DNA of 64,000 nt from Tubulanus polymorphus (GCF_964204645.1 NC_134032.1:4674175-4738174), one strand, 5' to 3'; positions 24,031 to 37,360 are shown, counted from the stretch's first letter. The notes: generated from the sequence alone by a model not told the origin. Translations and numbers: made by a program.

Positions 24031-24841
24031 TTCCGGTACAATGATTTATGGAAAATAGTTCTTACCTTTGCACGGAAAAGATAGACGTTTTGATCCGTTA
24101 TTTTGTGCACTAAAATCTCTCTAACCCATCCTGATGTAAATTATTGTAGGGTTCGAGGCTTTTCCATGCTTGCACACAACGTTCATACAACATTCGGAAA
24201 CGTTCGTGAAAGTTGTGTGATAGTTTATAATGTAACGTTCGCAATAACGTTTTCTGAAGGTTTTCTAAACGTTATCATCCAAGAGCCTGCAGTAAATTAT
24301 TAGTTAAGTCAGATATCATCAATACAGCCCGTTTTAAGCAAATCCCGACGTGGATTCCTACGTTTTAATACCATTGGAAAGCATGATTCAATCTTTCTGG
24401 AGTAAAGAAAAATATGGGATTCGAAACCGATGGATATCGTGACATATCAAAAAAGGAAGTGTTCGCCATTGTTCAGCAATCAGCTTTAAACGGCGTGTTT
24501 AAGGGATTTAATAATCGTTTATTTACTAAGGTACGTTATTCAATCCACAAATTTTGATACTTCCAATATATGGAAAAATACCGATAGAATGTTTTTGAAA
24601 CAATCTTTTATGTAGAAACCCATGTTAGAGACCTTTTCGTCGGGTTTTATATCAATGAAATGACCTAACTGTTGTTCTCCAATAACAAGCATGAGAATCC
24701 CTGTATGTATGGACCACAGGGGCTTGTCACAATTTGATGATGAATGGATGATACCAGTATCCCTGTATAAAAACGAAAAGGGAGCTAACTAAATCGACTA
24801 TCTGTACATTACCTTCCCAATTACTTTTATTTCGTAACTAC

Positions 24842-24842
<1 letters not shown>

Positions 24843-24891
<49 letters not shown>
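24843..24891. repeat. (TA)n microsatellite
   Basis: Uninterrupted TA run of about 24 units. Confidence 0.97.
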
Positions 24892-24893
<2 letters not shown>

Positions 24894-25039
24894 GAATTAT
24901 TCACTCGTAAGTTAGTTTTCCAATGCACCAGTCGTCGTCGTTACATCGTAGCTGGCAGCCCTTGTGATTCCTAAAATAAAAAGGAAATAATAAAGAAACT
25001 TCAATTTTCATAGTTGTGTTAAGCCTTGAAGTTTCTTTT

Positions 25040-25362
25040 AACCGTCCGGTACAGTTATCACCTTATCGAGGGTGTCTACCTGTCATCCATCCTGTGCGAT
25101 CATCACCTAACTGTTGTGTAGGGTGTCTACCTGTCAACCGTCCTATGCAGTCATCACCTAACTGTTGTATTGGGTGTCTACCGGTTAACCGTTCTGTGCA
25201 GTCATTACCTAACTGTTGTATACAGTGTCTACCTGTCGTCCGTCCTGTGCAGTCATCACCTAACTGTTATGTAGGGTGTCAGCTGTCAACCGTCCTGTGC
25301 AGTCATCACCTAACTGTTATGTAGGGTGTCATCTGTCAACCGTCATTTAGAGTCATCACCCT
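25040..25362. repeat. 51-bp minisatellite, ~6 copies
   Basis: Unit approximately GGGTGTCTACCTGTCAACCGTCCTGTGCAGTCATCACCTAACTGTTGTGTA. Confidence 0.9.
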
Positions 25363-25937
25363 AGTATGTAAGGCGTATTACTACGCTTTTATATTTGAGC
25401 TTGCGCATTAATTCCCCGATTTACTCCAAAAGTATCTCTACACGTTGCACTATAATGTCGTATATCGGACTTGGGCCTGTACCCCTCAACCTGTTTAATC
25501 GAATATTCGGTTTAATCGCAGGGACTGTATGTAGCGAGTCTGACGAATTCTGAAAAGTGGCCACTTTCGGAAAAATTTATATCAAGCTCTGATTAGTGCT
25601 TAATGTTTAGGTAAATCCTGGTAATGTTTGAAAAATTCCCATCGGATTAAAGAATATAACGCATTTAAAAGTTAGAAATTCCGTTGTTTTAATTTTTGCC
25701 GCAAAAAGCTACTACGATTTTTCTAGCAAGGTCTATGGTTGGTATATTCATACTTCAATTATTACGTCAAATATGAGAAGATAAATTTATAATACAAATA
25801 TTTAAATCTTAGTGGACCCATTATTTGTTATCAATTTTCAATAATTGTTCGTATGAAATTATGATTAAATGTATTACCAAGTTTGTTCCCGGCGTTATTA
25901 TGAAATTAACTTACATTACCAAGTTAGCAATGATAGA

Positions 25938-26040
25938 CTGGGATATTTTCCGGGGACATATTTTCCAGGACATTTTTTCCGGGGACATTTTTCCCATTGA
26001 CATATTTTCCAGGACATTTCTTTTCGGAAGATTTTACCGT
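25938..26040. repeat. Repetitive transposon terminus (GGACATTTTTCC repeats ending ...TTTTACCG), Mutator/foldback-like
   Basis: About six tandem ~15-bp GGACAT(A)TTTTCC motifs. The partner terminus was not identified. Confidence 0.45.
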
Positions 26041-26503
26041 ATACCAAATCCAACATTCGGCTTCCGTCGGATTTCTCGGTGAATGAACCAATCAGCGAAC
26101 ACAACAACAAATGCCTACTCGTCTGGAAGAAAATTGTCAGAATCATCATCATCGATATCGATTTGTTTTAACTTAAAAAACAGATGATCATCATATAAAT
26201 GTATCTAAATTCAACTTCGAAATATCGATGACGCTTTTTTAAACGTACAAATATTTCGAGCGTTGAGGAACAGGTAACTATTTCTCCATTGAATCCATAC
26301 GATGATTTACACAAATATGATGAACTGAAATAGCGTCAAAATAATAACGAAGATTGTAATGTTTGCAAGATTGGAATTTCAGAAAGATTTTTATTTCGGA
26401 TATCCAATTGACTTCATTTAATTGTTCCTTTTCTCGTCCTGTCTAAATTTCGATGAACATCCTCCGGGATCGAATCCCCCCCCCCTGTCTGGTTTTGTTT
26501 CAG

Positions 26504-29500
26504 AAATGGACGGCGCGTCACGAGACGTTTTGACAAAAATCGTCAACAGTTTTAGAACTCTGAAAATGACCCGCGATCGGAACAGATACATGTTCCGTAT
26601 GGTAAGCTAGTAGTAACAATGACAAAAAATATAATAATTATAATTATCAAAGCGATTTATAAAGAGCTTCACCAGAGCGATTTACATGTTAAAAATGCCT
26701 CCACAAAGAAAGCATTTTAACTGCTCCATCGATGGAAGTGACTGCCCGGCTGTGATAGGAAACTCGTCCCACTTTGGGGCACTGTTGGAAAATGCACGAC
26801 CACCATTATACTGTGACTATGAACAACCTACGAGCAATTATCTGAAAGATTAGATAATTGCTCGTAGGAACAACTAATGAAACTTGATTAGCTGATCGAA
26901 TTGCACGTGTGTGCTGCTTGTTATAGTTGGATAGTCAGTGTTAACTTATGATGTTACTCGCAGGTCCTAAGTAGAGCCGGTTTTTGACTCTAAGTGACAG
27001 GTTTTGTGCTTGGTGTCAAATCCATTGCATATGGAAGACAGACGATGGAAGTCAGTCCATGTGGACGTAACGCTTAAAAATGGGCACATTTCGCGCGCGT
27101 TATGAACAGCCCACGATTTTGTTAGGAACCATTTAATAACCGGGAGCCAGACACTTAAATGATGATTTTCTCTTCTCATTACACGTAAAATCGATATTGC
27201 CGATGTTATTGTGTTTCAGTATTGGGATACTGTATTGAGTCGTATGGCTGAAAACTACGCGTCCACTTGTCCCGATACCGTCATATCCGAAACGAGGAAC
27301 TATATACCAGGTAATACACAACCATCCAGAAACAAAACAAGAGACCTCCCTCCGTACAACCCTAATGACGTCATCATCCAATACTATAATCTATACGATT
27401 CAGGTCGAGGTCGCGTGGATCAGTTGGTGTTAGTAATGGCGGATGAGGTGATGAACGTCTAGCGGAATTACGTCACTGCGGCTGAGTCACGTGACTACGC
27501 GGGTATTCTCATGGATGTGGCTGGAGAACTCAGTGACGGAACGACGGATCAGTTTCTGTCGATGTTCCTCTCCCCGGATAATGCGGTGAAAGTAAGAGCT
27601 TATAGCACCTCCCGTCGATTCGAAAAAAAAGTTTTGTATTACCAAAACAAATTCGTTTATTCAAAAACTAATTATCTTATTTTTCAATTTTTAAAAGTTT
27701 TATTTTAAAGTTTTCCACAAACTCAAGATGTAACGCGCTATGTCAATCATGTCAGGGATTTGATTCTGAAGATGGCTTGATTTCTATGATTATATTTTCT
27801 TGTTTCAATGTTATAGTTTGAACATGCTACTGCTATGAAGTTGGGCTGCGGTCTGAAGGCGTGTTCACCGCAAAAGAACGTGCTCGTTTGTAACATAGCC
27901 CCCAGGTATTTAGCATTTCACTCAAGTTTAGAATTGATCATGGAGTCACCCGCATGGAGCTTGCAGAATTGGTGTCTAATGTCAATATCAAATTGCTCCG
28001 GGTCGGGTTCCTGCTGAGCTGTCTTTTCAGTAGTACATACCTGATAAAGTTGTTTAGTAGGACAAGCACAGATGAGCAGCTTAACTAAAAACATCGACCA
28101 TTTCATTGAAATGTTACCGAAAATTCTCCTTTAGAATTGGGTTGTCTTCAAAGAGACTTTTTGGTAATCCTTCATTACAGCATAAAATGGATTTTAAAGG
28201 TTGATGTTTCAGTTCAGCTGCCTCAATCTGTGCTGGTTCGATAAACATCTATCAAGTTTGTTCCACTAAAACTGGCTGAGCTAGGCCACCCAACTGACGT
28301 CCTCTCACGCAAAAGTTTAAACAAATATTAACTAAACGAATATTTGAAAAAATCTCAAGAGCTTTAAACCGACCTAATAAGCAGATTATCATAATCAGGC
28401 TGTCCCGGGTTCGAAACCGAGTTGATTCCGAGTTGGTCTCAGATGCTGAATCGATGATAAGAGAGGTCCTAGGTTCGAACCCATTGAGTGTAAATTCTAA
28501 TTGGTTCCTAATTGAACACAAATCATTAATTCGGGAATGATCCTACCTTTTGGATTTTCGTTTAACTTAACAATTCCGGACATTCTGTAATTTTTGGAAA
28601 GTTCCAAAAGATGGCGAGCTATGATTATGGTCTTTTCGAACAACATGTCTTTAGTAGCTCCATCGGAATTCAGTCATTTCCGGTAAATTCTGATAGATGA
28701 CGATCCATGATTCCAGGAACATCTGCAAATTTTAATTCATCCTGATTATTTTTGCTTTACCATAGGAAAGTTCGTCAAGTGAGCGAATGTCGAGTGCGGA
28801 ACCTTCACTGGATTGTCCCGACAACTTCAACGCAGAATATCAGTTAGGCTATGTGATGAGTTTCAAGTAACGCATTGGGCGGGGGAATATATAATAAATG
28901 AAGGAAAAAGACATTATTTCTTATGACTGGATGATTCTTTGGTCGTTTTCTTACTCCGATGGACAGGGGTTGGGGTGGTTCAATGTAGACATTTATATGT
29001 GGACATGGGGGAGGGAGGTCAAAATTTTGAAATTTAGCGTGGACGTCTTTTGTTGAAACTCCTTAAGTTGTTTCAGTCGGTAGATCCACATTATAAACAA
29101 CAATTTTATTCTGGTTGTTTTTATTTGATTGTTTTCAGATTGTGGTGACAGGAATGTGTGCAGCTATAACGCTTTACTTTATCCGGTCACCTGTAGTTGT
29201 TGGTGCGATAGAGTTTTCGTATCTTCCGTCAAACCGTACGTTAACAGAGACGATTCATGTTCGCGTAAGTGTCTCGAAGGTTCTCACGAGATCCCGCCGC
29301 GTTTCCCGAAGTTTCTAGCGAGGATCTCGTATGTTCCTCGCGAGAACCTTTGAGAAACGATACAGGATCTCGCGAGATCCTTCGAGAAACAATATGGGAT
29401 CACTTATCGTTTCTCAAATGTTATCGCGAGATCTCGTAATTTTCTCGAGGGTTCTCGCGAGATCCATCTGTACAAATACAATATTATCCTTAACATACAA

Positions 29501-29867
29501 TTTGTATCACATAATTCGTTATCGACAACATTACGAAATATGTTTTATTTTTCAAGGCGTTGATTAACTTCATTTTCTCGTTTGTTCTGTAGTAAATTGT
29601 ACGAAAGTGAGAACGGATGAAAGTGTGACGCAACAGTTTGACGGGATCGATTCTAAGCTGGAGATGAAGGATTTAAAAGCGTCTTGTATGACACCGGATA
29701 CATCTCCAACAACTCCAGCTCCAACGACTCTCGTTCCAACATCAACAACGACTCATAATTCGAAGATAACTTCGACTCCAAGTACCAGGACTCCAGCTCC
29801 AAGTGCGCCACATCCAGACGAGTCAAACGGTAGGGTATCTCTAGCAGCCAGTGAAGATAGTCACTGA
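26504..29867 (+). pseudogene. Possible degraded spliced host gene (Cys-rich and Thr/Pro-rich exons)
   Basis: AG/GT-bounded exon-like blocks at ~26504-26601, 27220-27591 (one in-frame stop), 29139-29235 (CGDRNVCSYNALLYPVTCSCWC) and ~29592-29832 (TPDTSPTTPAPTT). Product not recognised. Confidence 0.35.
29262..29465. repeat. Palindrome-rich CTCGCGAGAT repeat (probable MITE remnant)
   Basis: Repeated (T)CTCGCGAGA(T) / TCTCGAG motifs in both orientations. Confidence 0.5.
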
Positions 29868-30689
29868 AAATTTGTCAAATGCCACGTGAAAAAATTTGCT
29901 CAACACAACCATTCAGCTGGAGACAGGGTCTCAAGTCGACTTTCCCAAGTGAACATTCAAACTAAAACGGTTTTTCGATTTGTTTCTAGGACGACAGAAA
30001 TTTGTTATCTGCAAGATACACTGTTAAAAATAACTGCAATTTTACAGCAAAATTGTAACAAGATATCTTGTAATGTACATAATTTATGTAAAATTTACAA
30101 TCACGCTGTCAATTTACAAAATAGTATTTGACAATTACAGTTTATGCTGTTATTCTCTGTAAATCTACAAGAAATCCTTGTTATGTTACATTACTGATTA
30201 CAGGCCAAGTGTTGGCTAAGGTACCATGAGCCATTACTTAAGAAATAATTTTTAATGGTTTGATACAAAGCCACAGAGGGTATTTAAAAAAGATTGTAGT
30301 GTAATTGATTAATATACATCGGTGAATTAATCATGGGATTCGAACCTCACAACGATACTGAATGAATTTTGGGATTCGAACGTAATGATATTGAACGTCT
30401 ATTTACGGGACTCGAACATCACAGTGAGTAACCTTACTCTCGCTACTTTCGTTGAATAAACACCTGTTGGAAAGCGTGGTAAGCGTGGAAGTGGAAACGT
30501 GAAGTGGATCGAATTAGCATTCGTTTGGATTAAATAAGGATAGATCGAGCAACCTCAGTGTAAGTATATGATGTAGGCCTATGTTGTGATAACAAGTTTA
30601 GTTGAATTCTCTATATATTTGATAAAACAGTTCTTGTTAAAGAATGAGGCCCAAAAAATTGCCGTGGCTACCACCAACTCTACTCTCTC

Positions 30690-30957
30690 GCCACCACACC
30701 AGGGGGCGTTGAATATTGAATTATATACAATTTGCCTATTTATATTGGTACCTATGAATATTTTCTAACCACAATCAATTACAAAGTTGTAGCTTATGAC
30801 ATGTTGTATATGTTGAGTTTCAAGGTCATTAGTCCTTGTAGAACTTGTAGGCATATGTCATGGTCCAACCATCATGGGGCGTTGAATATTGAAATTTTCT
30901 GTTTGTTCGGCATTTCAAACCACTTCCCGAGTGGACATGGTGTCCCTGGACCCCTAG
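30690..30957 (+). mobile_element. 3' fragment of the same DINE/HINE-like family as 8230-9174
   Basis: Shares CAGGGGGCGTTGAATATTGAA, CAAAGTTGTAGCT and the end CACTTCCCGAGTGG.CATGGTGTCCCTGGACCCCTAG. Confidence 0.8.
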
Positions 30958-31036
30958 CTTATGAAGACGATCATATTTTATCTAGTGCCTTAGTGGAGAA
31001 TCTTACTAAGTTTTGATTAATTTTTTCAGTTTTCCC

Positions 31037-33685
31037 ATGCGATATCAATGTAAAGAATGTGCATACACGTCTGCCTCGTTGAAGAGATATGTCCAACATT
31101 ATAGGCTTCATAGGAATGTCCCTAATTTACTCTTTCCGTGTGGTGTACCAGGCTGTTCTCAGGAATTTAGAAACTATTCAACTTTCAATAGTCATGTATC
31201 AACCAATCACCTTGAGTATAGAAGGAGAGTTAAACTGTCATGTGTTGATCGAAGTGAAAGAGATAGGCTCATATGCTCTTTCGATTTCTGCGAACAAAAT
31301 TGTATAGATGTACTTGAACTTGTTAGTCACTTGAAGAAACATATAAGAGAAGGTAGAGAAGTAAATTGCCCATTCGCCAACTGCACTTTTAAGTACAATA
31401 AATATCGATATCATGTAAATTGGGCACAGGAAGAAATAGCTGCTGTTTATCTTCAAGCTGAACCAGATCCCTTTGGAATACGAGAAAATGATAGGCAAAT
31501 AGATGTTAATGATCAGTTAAATGAAGATTGTGTGTATGACTTAGAAGATAATGATGAAATAGATGTAGATGTAGAGGATCAACAATTTCTTGACCATTTT
31601 GCTTTATTGTTACTCCGTCTTCAAGCAAAACATCATTTGCCTGAATCAGTTATTCAAGTCATTGTAGATTCATTCAATGATTTTGGTAATCTGCATAACC
31701 AAAAATTAAGACATGATTTAAAGTTGAATCTTGCAAGTCATAATATTCCAAATGACACCATAGAAACTGTTGTTGAGACCTTGGCAAGTGCGGACTGTTT
31801 TAAACCTCTTAAATCGGAGCTTAAAAGTACTTACAAAAGAAAAAGATATTTCAAAGAAAATTTTAATTATGTTGAACCAGTATCACTTCGGTTAGGTGTG
31901 AATTCAAATAACAAAGAACAATTTTGCCATTATGTTCCAATCAAAGACAAATTATCTGCCATGCTCAGTGATAGGACTGTGGTTGATCAGTTGGAAAATT
32001 ATCATCAGTCAATCAATGAAACTTATAGAGATATATTTGATGGACGTGTTTACAAAAACATTGAGCTATTCCAACGTTTGCAAGTCTCCCTAAAGATTAT
32101 CTTATATCAGGATTCATTTGAAGTAGTTAATCCATTAGGGAGTGCAAAGACCAAGCACAAAATTTTAGCAGTTTATTTCAACTTAGCAAATTTCTTGCCT
32201 CACCATCGTTCTAAGATAGATCCTATGCAATTAGTGCTCTTGTGTACCGAAAAGAATGTAAAAGAGTTTGGATTTGATAATGTTCTCAGTGTTTTAGTGA
32301 ATGATTTAAAAGACCTGGAAACAAATGGCATCAGTTATAGGGATGGGAAGATTTTTGGAGCTGTAGTAAATATCACAGGTGACAACCTTGGCAGCCACGC
32401 CATTGGAGGGTTTGTAGAAAACTTTAGTGGTGAATACTTCTGTAGATATTGCTTAATTACCAGAGCTGATCTTCTAGAAAACAAACATCATGCCATGCTC
32501 CGTACCCCTTTAAGCTATGATTCTTCACTTGAAACTCTTAAAGATATGCCAGAAGCTACTCATCACCAGGGTGTAAAAAAGAATAGCATATTTAATAATC
32601 TACCAAACTTTCATGTGTGTGAACCAAGGCTTCCACCTTGTTTGGGTCACGACCTTTTTGAAGGAGTTGTTACTTACGATCTAGCAAAAGTGTTCTCTCA
32701 CATGATCAAAACTAAGAAATGGTTTACATACGATTACCTCAACAATAAGATCAAAAAATTTGCTTTTCAAAGTTATGATGCTGCTGACAGACCATCTATT
32801 GTAGACAGCAAAAAAGAAAAAGTTGGTGGGCATGCTGTACAAACATGGTGCCTCTTGCGAAATCTACCTTATTTGATTGGCTCTAAGGTGGTTAAGGATG
32901 ATCAATTATGGGAAATGGTAATATTGTTGCGTAGAATTGTAGAATATATTTGTGCTCCTGTAATAATGGAATATCAACTGAATTACTTACAGACTATCAT
33001 AGATGAATATTTACAGATTGTTAATACCATAACTACCCTTCGACCGAAACACCACTTTCTCTTCCATTATCCGTATCTTATCCGTTGCTTTGGGCCTTTA
33101 ATGCGCGTTTGGGCTATGCGTTTTGAGCAAAAGCACAAATATTTCAAAACAGCAGTGAGGCAGATCCAGAATTTTATTAACATAACTAAGTCTCTGAGTG
33201 AACGACATGAACTATTCCAAGCTTATCTAATGAAAGGTTCTTTGTTCCCTGTTGAGACTTATTTAGAAAAATCTATACCGTTCAGTAGGGAACTCTATAA
33301 TGATAGCATTAGGGGCTGCATTGAAATCTTTGAGCAACAAACTGGTCAAAATATTCCACCTCATGCTTCCATTTCTGATCGAGTATGTTACAATAGTATT
33401 GTATATAGTAAGGGATTGTTAGTTATGATAAAGTACAGAATTGCGGAAGCAGAATTTGGTCGAATTGTGCAGTGTTTAATGTTTGAAAAGAAAATACTGT
33501 TAATTGTTGAATGTCTGGTAGGAGAACATGATCCCAATCTTGGATTATATGAGCTTAGTTATATTCCAAATAGTTTCCTGTGTATGGATATTCAAAGTTT
33601 AATTGATTATCAGCCATTGGTCACTTACCCATTTGATGGAAAAAAGTATGTCGCTCTTAAACATGCCATTCAGGAATCTGCATAG
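31037..33685 (+). CDS. EnSpm-type DDE transposase with N-terminal C2H2 zinc fingers (~882 aa)
   Basis: Uninterrupted ORF; ATG at 31037 follows a splice acceptor at 31029. ILYQDSFE..NPLG, GDNLG, CRYC, GHDLFEG, PKHHFL.HY, W.MRFEQKH. Confidence 0.9.
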   Translation: MRYQCKECAYTSASLKRYVQHYRLHRNVPNLLFPCGVPGCSQEFRNYSTFNSHVSTNHLEYRRRVKLSCVDRSERDRLICSFDFCEQNCIDVLELVSHLKKHIREGREVNCPFANCTFKYNKYRYHVNWAQEEIAAVYLQAEPDPFGIRENDRQIDVNDQLNEDCVYDLEDNDEIDVDVEDQQFLDHFALLLLRLQAKHHLPESVIQVIVDSFNDFGNLHNQKLRHDLKLNLASHNIPNDTIETVVETLASADCFKPLKSELKSTYKRKRYFKENFNYVEPVSLRLGVNSNNKEQFCHYVPIKDKLSAMLSDRTVVDQLENYHQSINETYRDIFDGRVYKNIELFQRLQVSLKIILYQDSFEVVNPLGSAKTKHKILAVYFNLANFLPHHRSKIDPMQLVLLCTEKNVKEFGFDNVLSVLVNDLKDLETNGISYRDGKIFGAVVNITGDNLGSHAIGGFVENFSGEYFCRYCLITRADLLENKHHAMLRTPLSYDSSLETLKDMPEATHHQGVKKNSIFNNLPNFHVCEPRLPPCLGHDLFEGVVTYDLAKVFSHMIKTKKWFTYDYLNNKIKKFAFQSYDAADRPSIVDSKKEKVGGHAVQTWCLLRNLPYLIGSKVVKDDQLWEMVILLRRIVEYICAPVIMEYQLNYLQTIIDEYLQIVNTITTLRPKHHFLFHYPYLIRCFGPLMRVWAMRFEQKHKYFKTAVRQIQNFINITKSLSERHELFQAYLMKGSLFPVETYLEKSIPFSRELYNDSIRGCIEIFEQQTGQNIPPHASISDRVCYNSIVYSKGLLVMIKYRIAEAEFGRIVQCLMFEKKILLIVECLVGEHDPNLGLYELSYIPNSFLCMDIQSLIDYQPLVTYPFDGKKYVALKHAIQESA

Positions 33686-33711
33686 ATTAGATAGAGGTAA
33701 CTGAAATTCAT

Positions 33712-34051
33712 AGGCGTTTTAACGAGCATCCGATTTTTGCGATCGATCGGAGAAACGCATTTACGAGCACCGATTTTTGCGATCGATTTCAAGATCTGCG
33801 TTTTTACGAACACGATTTTCCGATCGATTTTTGCGATCGAACAACTCGCTCCACGATCGATTTGGCGATTTGATTTCCAAGATGGCGGCACTTTGTAGTG
33901 GATAAAGATATTATCTTTCCACGTCGCCATGTTTATGTCATGTGATTTACCTAAACTGTCATCGTTTTTACGAACATTCGATTCGATCGCACGATCGACG
34001 CAAATCGTTCACGAAATCGATCGCAAAAATCGGATGCTCGTAAAAACGCCT
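33712..34051. mobile_element. MITE (AGGCG termini, Harbinger-like) between the two EnSpm genes
   Basis: ~35-bp TIR AGGCGTTTTWACGAGCATCCGATTTTTGCGATCGAT with internal CGATCG repeats. Confidence 0.8.
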
Positions 34052-34257
34052 CTGATTTAGTGGATTTTTAACAATTTTATCCATTTGTCTGATTTAAAAG
34101 AATTTATTGGTTTGCTGACTATTGAATTTAAAAAATAAAAAAGATAGTAGCCATGATCACAAACATTTTTGGGACAAGCCAAATTCTGAAATACCCCAGT
34201 TCCTCCATTTGTAAGGATATTAATTGCATTAAAATGAATTAGTTCTTTATTTTACAG

Positions 34258-37200
34258 ATGGATGACCGTGATACTGAATTTGATTTTGAGGCGTGGTGTA
34301 TATCTAATAGTATCACTGAAAATACGAAAGAAATTTTATTGCACGAAGATTTGGCTAGAAAAGACTGTTTGAAAATGTTGGAACCGGACATCGTTAAAGA
34401 ATTAAAACTATCAATTGGTCAACGACTGGCACTTATGAATGGCGTTGCAAAACTTCAATGTTATAATAGAAATTCACCACAAACTCAATTTCCCAAAAGT
34501 TCTCAATCGTCTAGTTCATTTACCAGTAATCAGTCTTTCACTGTAAGTGAATTTGATGATTCAGCTGATGAAATGGAGGTTTTCAAAATTCCTTATGATA
34601 AGATTGATTCTTCAACTCTGGAGTTATTACGAAGTAATACTAAACGAAATTCCGCTGGCATGAAAGAATTAATCCGCAACATTACAGCCCAAATTGTATA
34701 TCAGAAGATTCCTACAGCCAAATCAAGCATTGAACGAGTCGCTAGAAAATTAACCTCGAAATTTCCTTGTCTAAAGGAAACCGACTTAAGCGGTAGGCCA
34801 ATTGGTAACGGTATACAATCACTCGTATCTAGCATTCAGTGGAGACTTATTAATCAAAGGAGACTTTGTACTAAACCGACCGTGTACACTTCGAAAAAAC
34901 GAGTTGGAGGAGGTGATCTTGAAGGAACATCATGCGTTTCTTCTAGTAATCGTGATAGTTACGGTTGTATCAACTGGTCAGTTAGACATGCAGAAGGTGA
35001 AACGCCAGTTTCACAAGTTATGAAACAGGAGTTTTTAAAAAGTGAATTTATAAAAGGTGTATATAATGCAGAGATTGACGAAGCCATGCGTCTAATATAC
35101 TCGTCTCAAAGGCATATGATAAATAGTCATGAGCCGTTGTCAGAAATCCGCAATGCATGGCCATATTTAATGACATACAAATATCTGATGGCGCATTTTG
35201 ATACTCTTATGCATTTATCGACTCATGACTTATTTGATGAAGCAATAATGGCCAACAACAAAGCAGGTAGTTTATATAATTTTATAATGCGAAAGAGTAA
35301 AAATGCTAAGTGCAGCAGCTGGGTGGCGGAAATGGATAAACATATTGCACAAAAAAGGAATAAAGAGGCGCTGACAATTGGATTCTTGCCACTTCTGGTA
35401 AGCTACTTCGAAGAAGATGTCGATTTTGTGTTTCGTGTTTTTAGTGTAAGTATTGATTTTAAAAGGGTTCTTCTGCACTGTATCTATCAAGTATAATTAT
35501 ATGTATTTTAAGTGAAATGACAATAATCTTGTATCTTTCCTGAATAACGTTGCTGGAAATGGGTAGATTGGGCTCAGTTCATACATAAAAAACTATGCCA
35601 TTTTGTCGATGATTTCCACAAAATTTTCAGATAGCATAAGTTGTGAATTTGAAAAACTAGACTTTGCTCTATGTTGTTATTACCTCAAAAAGATTCCATT
35701 CGTGCTGCTGGGATATTATATTCTTGATTGAACTTCATTTGGACTAAAAATTACATGTATAAGCAGAATCAAAATGGCATACTGTTGACTTGTTAAAAAT
35801 AGATATTGAATATTTCTTGTATTTTTTTATTTTTAGGAGAGAAACGCTATCAGAAATCTAGGAAATTCTGCAATAATTATTGCTCTAGGTAAGATTAATC
35901 AAATTTGTTTATGTGATGATGAGGAAATTTTATTTCACAAAAGAAAAATCTACCACATCATTCCTTTACCATTTTCGAAATGTTTTTCGTTCTGAATGTG
36001 ATTCTTATCTGTATAAAAATTGACATGTGACTTTATTTTGCAGCTCTTTCATGTTGTTTGTACATATTACAAACATATTTACTTCATATTGTTTGTACGT
36101 ATTGTTTTCTTATGGCAGTCTTACGTAACCCTGCAACTTTTAAAGGCTAGCTTAGGTCGACTTGCTACGCAAGGGATACATAACAACTGTCAGGAACCAG
36201 TGGTGTTCCATGCACCACGTAAGCTTGCCTGAACTCAATCTATTAAGGCTAAAAATGTGATACCTTGTTTCACGCTTCACTATCGACTGGGTCACTAGTA
36301 GGCAATTCAATTTATCATGATTTCGGAAATAAAAATCATCTGGGTAGATAGAATAAGAGATTCAATTTGGCAAGTTATAGAGGAATGCGATATAATATTT
36401 TAGCCTATAAGATTTTGAATTTTTGATATTTTGCATATACACACTGAAATTTTCCTTGCAGGTGAAAATATCTTTGAATCAACGGAGTTTCTTATTGCTG
36501 TGGAAAGCAGAATTTTGATAGAGTGTTTAAGTACATGGCAACAGGCTGTAGAGGCATGGTTTTCTGTGCATTATGTTTTTAATCTCGCATATGATGACAA
36601 CTGCAAGACCACTTTGGAATTTATTCAGAGGTATAATCCTTCATATTTCATGAAATTGAATGAAAATAGTGATAAGACCGCTTTTTAGGGAATTAGAGAT
36701 CAAAGTGGTACCCGCATTGATCTCTAAGGCAATCAAGGATTCCATGTTTGCAGGCAAGGATCCACCAGGTGTCACTAGTAGACAGTTTGTCTTCTGCGTT
36801 AAGAGTTCTACATTTTAATTAAGGCTGAATGAACTTTACTCTTAAATGAATCAATTTTAATGAAAACTATACCGATATCTCATTGGAAGAATGAAAGTAT
36901 TTGATGAGTCCTGCGACTATATTTATTCGGTGCAAACTAATTTTGACAACTGACGACCTACGGCGTGTCACGTTGCGAGTTCCCCATTGTTAAATTCAGT
37001 CATACCCTATTCCAAGGTGAACTATAAAGGACCAAAATTCAAGTCAAAAGTGTTAAGATGAGAAGTACTAAATATTTATAAAAAAATTGATTTCATATGA
37101 TTACAAGCACTTTAGTTATGAGACTCATTATCCCGATGAAGCTATTATGCATTAGTTGCAGACTTGTAATCTCCTAGGTGAGACAATTTTTTAGAAAGAT

Positions 37201-37360
37201 TAAAGGTTGATACTTACCCTTTTTTTCTTACAGGTGTGTCATGAATATAAACCCTGACAAAGGTTCAAAATCGTTGAAGAAACGCAAGTATTCAGTGGAC
37301 CCAAGGATAATTAGACTCGTGAACGACTTGAAGGAAATGGATTCAGATTGGGGCATTTAG
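34258..37360 (+). CDS. SAMD3-like accessory protein of the EnSpm element (4 exons)
   Basis: Exons 34258-35445, 35837-35888, 36462-36630 and 37234-37360, all GT-AG with compatible phases. SAM-like N-terminus (L.LSIGQR), D.YGC.NW, WPYL, HF..L, YVFNLAY....TLEFIQR....INP.KGSK. Confidence 0.82.

Larger units (their letters stand above)
13881..24150 (-). pseudogene. Spliced SWIM + YqaJ (lambda-exonuclease-like) + PHD-finger gene, as in KolobokP-type DNA transposons
   Basis: Exons ~24066-24150 (..SGWV.E...FRAK), 14922-15512 (VAHSQ...W...AH.NCMAG..EVCSHVA), 14622-14809 (TRKQSES..WF..RAGRITAS) and ~13881-14508 (WG.KHE, GASPDG, EIKC, YY.QIQ.QL, CFC...MC....C...YFH). GT-AG introns; last acceptor mutated; internal stop near 15277. 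Confidence 0.82.

Noticed and set aside
25016-25324. Cys-rich repeat protein
   Set aside because: Translation of a 51-bp minisatellite; no start or splice support.
27835-28220. Coding remnant on the minus strand
   Set aside because: Multiple stops and no family motif I can support.
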